Source: an uncultured archaeon (lineage in GTDB: Archaea; Asgardarchaeota; Thorarchaeia; Thorarchaeales; Thorarchaeaceae). From it: a stretch of 24,000 bases of DNA. The stretch covers positions 41,193-65,192 of the forward strand of contig CAZLEV010000002.1 of assembly GCA_964558645.1 (NCBI GenBank). The letters are read 5' to 3'. Positions 1 through 8,132 of the stretch are shown here, one piece after another. Made by a program: the position numbers and the translations under genes. The notes under the pieces are model-generated. The model ran no database searches. It was not told the DNA's origin and was given only the letters and a program-made list of their open reading frames with translations. The number at the start of each line of letters is the position of its first letter. Positions within the stretch are counted from its first letter, which is position 1.

Positions 1-927
1 GATGAAGGGATAAAGAAGGCACTGCGTGACAGAGGAGCCAAGAAAGCAGCATACGTTGCCTACGAGGAACCCGACAGACGAAAGGAGGACAGACCAAACA
101 CGGCACTCTGGCCTCAGACAATTGCCAGACATGGCCTATTACGTCCACCCAATGCAGAGATCCTTGCGCCATTCACGCACAACGCGTTATACATTGCGCG
201 ATCTGTGGCGGTCTATGACTCAATGCTCCAGAGATATCGTGATGAGTCGCGTCCGTTCAAATCAACCGAGATTAGTACAAGTCCAAAATTGTGTAGGAGC
301 CTCATCACGCTTGCTGGGGCTAGAAGAGGAGACACAGTCCTTGACCCATTCTGCGGAACAGGAACTCTTCTTATGGAAGCAGCACTCTTGGGGATGCGAT
401 GTGTGGGCATCGACATTGATGCTAATGCGGTTCAGGGAACAGCTGCGAATCTCAAGTGGCTAGGCAAAGAGCTTGAAGAATACCTTGATTTCCGAGTCCT
501 CCATGGCGATGCGCGAGATAGCGAACATCTGGTTGCGGAGAAGGTAGATGCGATTGCATTTGAGCCCTACCTTGGTCCACTTTACGAGAATCAACCAGCA
601 GAACCAGAGGCCAGAGCCTTGACCAAAGACCTGACAGAGTTATATCGAGACTCGCTGAAGTCGCTAGCGGCCATCCTGAGACACGATGGAAAGGTTGCGA
701 TGACTATCCCCGTGATCAATTGCAGGACCGGAAAAGTAAGAATCGATCTTGATCGCATGTTGTCAGAAACGCCCTTCCGGATACACAAGATGCTACCGGG
801 CGGAGTATTCAAGAGTGATCCCAACAGAAACACACCTTACATGATAAGACCAAACAGAGACCTGCTTCCCGAACGAAAGTGGGGACAAGTAGTTCAGCGG
901 CAGGTGATTACACTAAGTATCTCTTAG
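1..927 (+). CDS. Trm11/Trm-G10-like SAM-dependent (putative tRNA guanine-N2) methyltransferase, 5' truncated by the window edge
   Basis: Frame 1 is open from base 1 (DEGIKKALRDRGAKKAAYVAYEEPDRRKEDRPNTALWPQTIARHGLL...), in frame with listed ORF 205..927. SAM-binding motif I 'VLDPFCGTGTLLMEAALLGMRCVGIDIDANAV'; catalytic-loop-like 'DAIAFEPYLGP'. Stop TAG at 925-927. Confidence 0.8.
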   Translation, partial: DEGIKKALRDRGAKKAAYVAYEEPDRRKEDRPNTALWPQTIARHGLLRPPNAEILAPFTHNALYIARSVAVYDSMLQRYRDESRPFKSTEISTSPKLCRSLITLAGARRGDTVLDPFCGTGTLLMEAALLGMRCVGIDIDANAVQGTAANLKWLGKELEEYLDFRVLHGDARDSEHLVAEKVDAIAFEPYLGPLYENQPAEPEARALTKDLTELYRDSLKSLAAILRHDGKVAMTIPVINCRTGKVRIDLDRMLSETPFRIHKMLPGGVFKSDPNRNTPYMIRPNRDLLPERKWGQVVQRQVITLSIS

Positions 928-1811
928 AAAAGGTATCGTACCACATCGTCGAGGATCGCATATGTCTGCAGTCTCTGGATATCACGCTTGACGTACGGCA
1001 TCAGATGCTCAAATACCATTTGCCGATAGTTGTTCACACCGGCCTGTTCCTGTACCTCTTCGGCAGTTATCCGTAGGAGCTCCTCCAGAGCAGTCCGCAA
1101 GCTTCGGTAAGGGATGTCACCTCTGGAGACGTCTATCTCTAGTACCTCGATTCCACAGTCATCGATAGGTACGGATTCAAGAAACATATATCTCTCAGTG
1201 AGAGGTTCGATTCTGTTGCGGATGCTGCTGGCGATTTCCCGCTTGAGCTTTTTCTTCATGTCTATCTTCATCATCTGACGAAAGAGATGATTATAGACTT
1301 CAAGGCAGTCCATCGATTTGCCTGCGAGCAGACACTCGTCAGTCTCTTCATACTGAGCGACAAGTTCGTCCAAAAAGAATCCGAATTCCTTGAATGCAGT
1401 TGGATCACCATGCCACTCCTTCAATACATTACTGATTCCTCGCTCTTGAGGGATGAAGTTGTTCACGAACTCATTCAACGCGTAGTCAAGCATGAATCGC
1501 ATATGACCGATTCGTGCGGCCTTTGAGATGACCATGACGAAGAGAAGATGCTCATTCGCCTCCCAGACATATCTGCTGTTCTCGGTGTCTATTGTCTTGA
1601 GAGTCTCATTAGAAGCCTTGTCGATGAAGGTGTGAGTCGCAGACAAGAAGGGAGCAATAAGATCCATATCAATGTCAATGCCATCATACGCTCGGGCCAC
1701 GAGATTTCGGCCAGTTCCTCTCTCAATCAGCCACATTCCTAGAATTGAGCGACGTTCGGCCATCTTGAATCGCACTCCTCGTCCGTGCTTCCCCCGTAGC
1801 AAAATAAGCAT
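924..1811 (-). CDS. Hypothetical protein, possibly longin-like N-terminal domain with a helical C-terminal region
   Basis: 295-aa ORF. The true start may be an internal Met (MAERRSILGMWLIERGTG, about 1763). The pattern 'MWLIERGTGRNLVARAYDGIDIDMDLIAPFLSATHTFID...Y.WEANEHLLFVMVISKAARIGHMRFMLDYALNEFVNNFIP' resembles longin/profilin-like domains. Its stop codon overlaps the upstream gene's stop. Confidence 0.6.
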   Translation of the reverse strand: MLILLRGKHGRGVRFKMAERRSILGMWLIERGTGRNLVARAYDGIDIDMDLIAPFLSATHTFIDKASNETLKTIDTENSRYVWEANEHLLFVMVISKAARIGHMRFMLDYALNEFVNNFIPQERGISNVLKEWHGDPTAFKEFGFFLDELVAQYEETDECLLAGKSMDCLEVYNHLFRQMMKIDMKKKLKREIASSIRNRIEPLTERYMFLESVPIDDCGIEVLEIDVSRGDIPYRSLRTALEELLRITAEEVQEQAGVNNYRQMVFEHLMPYVKRDIQRLQTYAILDDVVRYLF

Positions 1812-1948
1812 ATTCGCGATGCAGCTGGCCCAAGAGACTCGACTCCAATCTGTTTCTTGAGCAAAAAAGAGTCAGAGGGACAGGGAATTCCCTGCCCATC
1901 ATCAGCACGCCAACTCTCGGAGAGGAGTTGAAACAGCGGCGAAACCGG

Positions 1949-2920
1949 TCATGTTGTGGTAATATTCAGTTTCTGAACGATTTCCTTGTACCTGTTACGA
2001 ACAGTAACCTCAGTGACTCGAGCAGTCTTGGCAATCTGCAGCTGGGTTCGCCGGGAGCCAGTGAGGATACTTGCCACATAGATTGCAGCAGCCGCCATAC
2101 CCTTCGGATCCTTGCCAATAGTAAGACGTTCCCTCTTCGCATCATGAAGGATGTCTATCGCCTTCTTCTTCGCACAACCTGGCAGATTCAGTTCGGTGCC
2201 GAAGCGGTGAACGAAATCAACCGGACTGCTATGAGGGATCTTGAGATTCAGATATCTGAGTATAAGACGTACGCATAGAGACAACTCTTTGCGTGTGATA
2301 TGAATCTGATCGCATATCTCCTCCAGTGGGCGTGGTACAGTATGTACCCGGCAGGCAAGATAGAGAGATGCAGCAATCATCCCGAGAATGGTCCTCCCGC
2401 GAGTGAGCCGCTTTCTCAGAGCCTTTCGGTAGATGACTGCCGAGGTCTCACGAATCGAGTAAGGAATACTAAGCTGTGAGCTGATTCGGTGGAGTTCTGT
2501 CATTGCAACTGCAAGATTTCGTTTGTCGGAGGAGTGTACCTTAGTGCGTATCTGCCATTTCCGTAGCCTGTGAATCTGTGCTCGTCTGGTTGAGCTCAGT
2601 CTTCGTCCCGATGCATCAACATTCTGACGACCAATGATAGTAGTAAGACCTTGGTCAAACTTGGTCCAGTCAACAGGCCCACCCACACGTTGGCGGGAAT
2701 TCTGCTCTTCCGCAGTGAATGCTCGCCATTCTGGGCCCATATCTATCGAGTGGTCTGAAAGAACGAGTCCGCAATTAGAACAGATAATCTCTCCCCGAGT
2801 ACTATCGATGAACACTTCGGTCGAGCTACAGGCTGAACAGATGTAATTGGCCGCGTTTAGGCTATGCTCCTTGGTTTTCCGGGTCTTCAATTGTTTGCTG
2901 GCCAGTCCAATCATCTCCAT
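1949..2920 (-). CDS. tfb: Transcription initiation factor IIB (TFB)
   Basis: Zn ribbon 'CSACSSTEVFIDSTRGEIICSNCG', B-reader-like 'DMGPEWRAFTAEEQNSRQRVGGPVDWTKFDQGLTTIIG', two cyclin-fold repeats ending 'KGMAAAAIYVASILTGSRRTQLQIAKTARVTEVTVRNRYKEI'. The ORF track extends to 2986; M23 (2920) or M25 (2914) are more plausible starts. Confidence 0.93.
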   Translation of the reverse strand: MEMIGLASKQLKTRKTKEHSLNAANYICSACSSTEVFIDSTRGEIICSNCGLVLSDHSIDMGPEWRAFTAEEQNSRQRVGGPVDWTKFDQGLTTIIGRQNVDASGRRLSSTRRAQIHRLRKWQIRTKVHSSDKRNLAVAMTELHRISSQLSIPYSIRETSAVIYRKALRKRLTRGRTILGMIAASLYLACRVHTVPRPLEEICDQIHITRKELSLCVRLILRYLNLKIPHSSPVDFVHRFGTELNLPGCAKKKAIDILHDAKRERLTIGKDPKGMAAAAIYVASILTGSRRTQLQIAKTARVTEVTVRNRYKEIVQKLNITTT

Positions 2921-3306
2921 ACAGATCCTGATGTCAGAACCTGCCGTGAGAGCTGTCAAGGGAAACCTATGCTGCGTGTCCTTCAAGGCGCATGAAGATC
3001 ACAACGATGACGCGGGGCTTATAGAGAACGGTCCTCGATGAGAACCAACATCATTGCGGTCACAACAAACGCAAATAACTCTTTGCACATTTCTTTCAAA
3101 ATCAATGCTATTTATTTCATATTCTTTACAATTATGCAAGTACGCTTTTCCATGCGTTTCAATAACGTTATACGACAATCAGCGTCCGTTTGCTTTTGTT
3201 TTCGAACAAAAAGCTCCACGCATATGATAGATGAGAGCCCCTGTACTCTCAGAGCGCTTGATTTATCATGTGAATATGTCTGGTTGAGAGCGAGGCACCC
3301 AGCGGA

Positions 3307-5217
3307 ATGAATGACAATAACTCGACTCGAAATCCGTGGAAGAGGATACAAGACAGGATAAGTGAGGTCCTGGCAGACGTGAGTTCCGTTGGTCGAGAGA
3401 GAATTGTTGAGTACATTGAAACGCCACCGGATGCGACACTCGGCGATTTGGCATGCACTGTTGCTTTTGAACTCGCAAAGACGAAACGGCAGAATCCAGC
3501 TGTAATCGCAGCAGAGATTGCAGAGTCTCTGAAGAAGATTGGCACACAGGAGAAACTCATCGACAGAGTAGAGGCCAAGGGACCATACATCAACATATTC
3601 CTCGATCGGGCAGAGATTGCAGCGTATGTGCTCCCCATGGTAGCGGACTTGGGAGCAGAATATGGCCGGACGGATACCTATGCCGGAGAGAGGGCCCTCA
3701 TAGAATCCCCTGCAGTCAACCCGTCGAAACCATGGCACATTGGACATTCACGTAACGCAATCATTGGACATACTCTGAGAAACATCTTGGCTTCGGTGGG
3801 ATATGATGCAGTTCTGATTGACTACATCAACGACTTGGGTCTCCAGATTGCCCAGTTGACATGGAAACTCATGCAGATGGATGATGACGATACCGATGAG
3901 AAGTATGACCACTACCTAGGAAGGCTCTATGTAGATGTGCAGAAGGAGTTTGAGAATGACCAGACGGTTGAGGCCGAGATCCGAGAAGTGACCAGGCGTC
4001 TTGAGCAACTGGAGTCGGCGGAGTCAGAGACCAGCAGCAAGATGGTGACCAAATGCCTGAAGGCACAGAACCAGACTGCCTACAGGTTAGGCATCTATCA
4101 CGACTATCAGGTGTGGGAGAGCTCCATTGCCCACAGCGGCTTGCTCACCAGAGCACGCGACATGATGCTCGACTGTGAGAATGTAGAAAAGGTGGCAGAG
4201 GGTGAGAAGAAAGGATGTATCGTTGCAAGACTTGACACCATTGAAGAATTCAAGGATATGAAGGACCCATCAAAGGTGTTGTTCAGGTCTGATGGAACTA
4301 GGACATACACAGGAGCTGATGTTGCCTTTCAAATGTGGAAATTCGGCATTGTAGATGATCCGTTTCGATACCGACCCTTTGAGGAACAGCCCGACGGGAC
4401 CACCGTCTATCGAACAGCCCTTGACGGGGAGAAGCGAGACCTGGGCAAATTCGATGTGGTCTTCAATGTCATCGGTTCGGGACAGGCGCACCCACAGAGA
4501 CTCATCTATGCATTGCTGGACATAATGGGATATCACGAACAGAGCAGAAACTCCCACCACATAGCCTACGAGTTCGTGGGGCTGGAGGAGGGAGACTTCT
4601 CTGGAAGGAAGGGCACATGGTTGGGATACACAACTGATGATGTTCTCGATCAGGCGCAAGAACTTGCAAGAGAGGAAGTGGCAAAGCGGAATCCTGATGC
4701 CGAGGAGGACTTCCTGAGTCAGGTAGCCTCCCAGGTAGCCACTGGAGCCCTTCGATATTTCATGCTCAGCGCCTCACCAGACAGGAAGATAACCTTCCGC
4801 TGGGAAGAGGCCTTGGACTTCAATGGCGATGCAGCTCCGTACCTGCAATACTCGCATGCAAGAGCAAAGAGGATTCTAGAGAAGACTGAGGACGCAGACC
4901 TCGATGCGGACCTATCGTTATTGGACTCAGAGCACGAGTTTGCTCTTATCAAAGCCATCGCACGTTTTCCTGAGGAGATACTGGAGGTCGTGAGAGGCCT
5001 TGCAAAGAATGCGTGGGGAACGAGCTTCAACTCGAATCGTCTTACCGCATACTGCTACGAACTTGCGACTTTGTTCAGCAAGTTCTATGATAATTGTCCG
5101 GTGTTGAAAGCGGATAATAATCTGAGACATGCGAGGATTGCTTTGGTGCAGGCATTCAGAATCACTATATCAAACTGCTTGGGACTTCTAGGCATCCCTG
5201 TTGTCGATAGAATGTGA
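3307..5217 (+). CDS. argS: Arginyl-tRNA synthetase
   Basis: 636 aa; N-terminal additional-domain-like region, HIGH motif 'NPSKPWHIGHSRNAIIGHTLRNIL', 'FSGRKGTWLGYTTDDVLDQA' in the KMSK-equivalent loop, DALR-like anticodon-binding C-terminus 'YCYELATLFSKFYDNCPVL'. Confidence 0.95.
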   Translation: MNDNNSTRNPWKRIQDRISEVLADVSSVGRERIVEYIETPPDATLGDLACTVAFELAKTKRQNPAVIAAEIAESLKKIGTQEKLIDRVEAKGPYINIFLDRAEIAAYVLPMVADLGAEYGRTDTYAGERALIESPAVNPSKPWHIGHSRNAIIGHTLRNILASVGYDAVLIDYINDLGLQIAQLTWKLMQMDDDDTDEKYDHYLGRLYVDVQKEFENDQTVEAEIREVTRRLEQLESAESETSSKMVTKCLKAQNQTAYRLGIYHDYQVWESSIAHSGLLTRARDMMLDCENVEKVAEGEKKGCIVARLDTIEEFKDMKDPSKVLFRSDGTRTYTGADVAFQMWKFGIVDDPFRYRPFEEQPDGTTVYRTALDGEKRDLGKFDVVFNVIGSGQAHPQRLIYALLDIMGYHEQSRNSHHIAYEFVGLEEGDFSGRKGTWLGYTTDDVLDQAQELAREEVAKRNPDAEEDFLSQVASQVATGALRYFMLSASPDRKITFRWEEALDFNGDAAPYLQYSHARAKRILEKTEDADLDADLSLLDSEHEFALIKAIARFPEEILEVVRGLAKNAWGTSFNSNRLTAYCYELATLFSKFYDNCPVLKADNNLRHARIALVQAFRITISNCLGLLGIPVVDRM

Positions 5218-5218
5218 A

Positions 5219-6568
5219 CTAACCAGAGGTGACTTTTCCCGACTCTACGAGAATAGAGGGAGTTATTGCACCGACAGTCACTCTTGTGTCTTCTCCGACA
5301 ACGCTGACTCTCTTGAGAAGGTCGAGCATGTTGATTCCAAACAGAGTGTTCTTGAGTGCATGTTTAACCTCGCCGTTCTCTATGTAGAAACCCTCCATGA
5401 CCATCGCACTGAGATCTCCGGTTGCCATATTTGGTCGGTCCCCTGTCCGCCGGCATAGGATTCCTCGATCAATCTCTGCAATGAGTTCCTCTTGGGTTCC
5501 GCGCCCCGCCTCGATAATGAGATTTGATGTCGAGATTGACGGCAAGCCTGAATATGACGAACGACTGGCATTTCCGGTGTTCTCAACATTGTCCTTGTGG
5601 GCAGTGTAGGAATTGTGAAGCAGGCTCTTGAGAACCCCTGATTCAAGAACAGAAGTGTGAGTTGATGGAAATCCTTCTGCATCGAATGGTCGGGACCCTA
5701 TGCCACCGGATAGGAGAGAGTTGTCTGCAACGGACAAAGAACCAGAGGCTATCTGCTCTCCCAAGGCATCGCTGATATAAGAGCGCCCGTACTGTACCTC
5801 TTCAGCGTTGACAGCACCGGAGAAGCCGCCACCGATGATGGTGCTCACTGCCAAGGGATCGAGTACGATTTGCATGTCTCCACCGTCGATTGTATGAGCT
5901 CCCAGATTCCTTATTGCGCTTTGTGCAGATGCGATTCCCACATCTTGGGGGTTCAGGTCTCCGACCGCTCTTGATATTTGATACTCGTAGCTTGATGTCT
6001 GCTCGCCTGAATGCTTGATTGTCGGTGAGATATAGAGATAGGCGAAAGAGGTCTTCGCTGAACCAGACACTCCAAGTGAGTTCACGATAGCCCGCTCACT
6101 GACAGACAGATTCAGCTGTGCCTCCACAGCGACTTTCTTTCCAGAGAGAACATCGCGAGCCGAATCAACTGATGTAAGAATAATCTTTGCTGATTCCTCC
6201 GATGTTATCGATTCCGTTTCTGAATCGAAGAGGCCTCTGACATTGGGATATTCTTGGCCAGCAGATGGCAGACTGACAAAATCCGGATCAGGTACGGATG
6301 CACGAGCCAATGCAACGGACCGTTCAACGGCCTCCTCTATGTCCTTCTCTCTAAGCGTTGTGACATATGCAAACCCAATCGCATTATCAATGACAGATCT
6401 GACCCCACAGCCCCCGTCAGATTCTCTTGATGCGGCCTTGACAGCGTTGTTCTCCACGTGGATGTTAAATGATTTCGATAAGGCTGCATACGCCTCGACT
6501 TGGTCTGCGCCAATCTTCTCTGCACGCTTCACCGCATAATTGCCGATAGCGAGGAGCTTCTCTCTCAA
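5219..6568 (-). CDS. tldE: TldE/PmbA-family protein (TldD partner)
   Basis: TldE-like sequence ('GGDMQIVLDPLAVSTIIGGGFSGAVNAEEVQYGRSYISDALGEQIAS', 'GFYIENGEVKHALKNTLFGINMLDLL'). The ORF track begins at 6616, but a TTG at 6568 preceded by GGAGG (6581-6577) directly after the tldD stop is a better start. Confidence 0.88.
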   Translation of the reverse strand: MREKLLAIGNYAVKRAEKIGADQVEAYAALSKSFNIHVENNAVKAASRESDGGCGVRSVIDNAIGFAYVTTLREKDIEEAVERSVALARASVPDPDFVSLPSAGQEYPNVRGLFDSETESITSEESAKIILTSVDSARDVLSGKKVAVEAQLNLSVSERAIVNSLGVSGSAKTSFAYLYISPTIKHSGEQTSSYEYQISRAVGDLNPQDVGIASAQSAIRNLGAHTIDGGDMQIVLDPLAVSTIIGGGFSGAVNAEEVQYGRSYISDALGEQIASGSLSVADNSLLSGGIGSRPFDAEGFPSTHTSVLESGVLKSLLHNSYTAHKDNVENTGNASRSSYSGLPSISTSNLIIEAGRGTQEELIAEIDRGILCRRTGDRPNMATGDLSAMVMEGFYIENGEVKHALKNTLFGINMLDLLKRVSVVGEDTRVTVGAITPSILVESGKVTSG

Positions 6569-6569
6569 A

Positions 6570-7955
6570 TCACAACCCTCCGACAGGCATTCCCCGTATG
6601 CGTGCGTGAGGACCACCGCTCATATCAGGTACTAATTGACCCGATTTGCCACAGGTTCCAGCATCCATCTTGAAGTCATTCCCTACAGCATCAACCTTCG
6701 AAAGGACATCTAGGATTTGACCCGCCAAGGATATGTCACGCACCATCTGTCCGATCTCCCCATCTTCTATAAGATAACCATGACTGGCCTGAAACATGAA
6801 CTGGCCTTTTGAGGGGTCTGTATACCCGTAGTTGAAACTGCAGAGAAGAATGCCTTCTCCTGTGTCAGCGATCAGTTCGTCAACGTCCCAGTCACCTGGT
6901 TCCATGAATGTGTTACTCATGCGTGGGAGGGGCTCATGCATGAATGACTGAGACCTCGCAGCTCCGTTTGGTTCCATCTCCAAGCGAGAGGCGGTTTCAA
7001 GGCTGTGCAGAAGCTCATTCAGAACTCCATCCTTGACCAGCAAACGTCTTCTGCTCCTCGTTCCTTCCCAATCATATTCAAATGAGCCCCGCTCTCCACT
7101 CATGGTGGGGTCATCAGTCAGATTCAGGTGTTCTGGCCCAACGGTCTTGTCCACCTTGTCCTCGAGGACTGTGGTATGTGCGGGCCAATTGTCAGCCTCG
7201 GTTGCATGCCCAAAGGCTTCGTGCACCATAACACCATTCAAGACAGGATCCATAACGACATCGTAGGTACCGCCCTTTGCTGCAACAGATGAAAGAAGGT
7301 CAATCACCTGCCTTGAGGCGCGTATTCCAACGGTTTGAGCAGCATCGCTTTCCATTGCCTCATACCCACCACGAACTCCGACTGATTTGTGAGCCCGCTG
7401 CCGGTTGCTTCCCTCCTTTGCTGTAGGTGCAGATATTATCCGAGGAAGAGAGTTCTCGAAATGTACACTGGTTCCCAAGGAGTTGGCCACAAAGATGCTC
7501 GAAGACAAATCACCATAGATTGTTCGCGAGTTCACAATCCGATCGTCAAAGTCCAGGGCTTGTTTGTCAATCCTCTTCACAAAATCCATCTTATCCTCTA
7601 TTCGAATGTCTTCAAACGGCTTACGGACGTTAAGTGTGGCTCTGTCCGTAAAGGTCGGTCCATCAATGGTGAAGCAGTCTGCAACATGGTCCTTGGTTGC
7701 CATTGCCAGTCGCGCCACCGACTCACCTGTTTCTTTCATGCCCCTCGTAGTCAGAGTCGTGGTCTGAGCAAACGCCCATGCACCGTCGGCAAAGGCTCTT
7801 ATTCCTGCCCCCTTCAGTCGTGATGCGATGGCCTTTCTTGTTATGCCATCAGAGATCTCAATGACTGTGGTCACAGTATTCTCAATACGGACATCGGCAA
7901 ACGACGCCCCGTTGCTGAGGGCACCCTCAATAGCAGCTTGCGCAAGGTCTTCCAT
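6570..7955 (-). CDS. tldD: TldD-family metalloprotease
   Basis: 461 aa with 'VMVHEAFGHATEADN' (HExxxH metal site), 'FMHEPLPRMSNTFMEPGDWDVDELIADTGEGILLC'; adjacent to and just upstream of tldE on the same strand. Confidence 0.92.
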   Translation of the reverse strand: MEDLAQAAIEGALSNGASFADVRIENTVTTVIEISDGITRKAIASRLKGAGIRAFADGAWAFAQTTTLTTRGMKETGESVARLAMATKDHVADCFTIDGPTFTDRATLNVRKPFEDIRIEDKMDFVKRIDKQALDFDDRIVNSRTIYGDLSSSIFVANSLGTSVHFENSLPRIISAPTAKEGSNRQRAHKSVGVRGGYEAMESDAAQTVGIRASRQVIDLLSSVAAKGGTYDVVMDPVLNGVMVHEAFGHATEADNWPAHTTVLEDKVDKTVGPEHLNLTDDPTMSGERGSFEYDWEGTRSRRRLLVKDGVLNELLHSLETASRLEMEPNGAARSQSFMHEPLPRMSNTFMEPGDWDVDELIADTGEGILLCSFNYGYTDPSKGQFMFQASHGYLIEDGEIGQMVRDISLAGQILDVLSKVDAVGNDFKMDAGTCGKSGQLVPDMSGGPHARIRGMPVGGL

Positions 7956-8132
7956 GGATGCATCCGTCAGAGCTCAGCCAACTGTTATTGATATAACTCC
8001 TTTGAAGGCGCAACGAAGCGCGGATGAGCAATAACTGCGCGGATTCAGCATCCACATGAGTATTGTCATGATAATACTCAGGTTATTGTGAGCTATAGTG
8101 GACACTAGTACAAGACCAGCGGAGGCAGTCAG

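Noticed and set aside
26-463. + strand ORF of 145 aa at the window start
   Set aside because: Out of frame with the Trm11-like CDS, which is open from base 1 and carries the SAM-binding motif; the 145-aa product is low-complexity and unconvincing.
2987-3306. AT-rich intergenic region between tfb and argS considered as a possible RNA gene or repeat
   Set aside because: No tRNA-like cloverleaf, no direct repeats and no conserved RNA motif recognised; best explained as divergent promoter sequence.
7389-7823. + strand 144-aa ORF antisense to tldD
   Set aside because: Shadow ORF over a well-supported TldD coding region.
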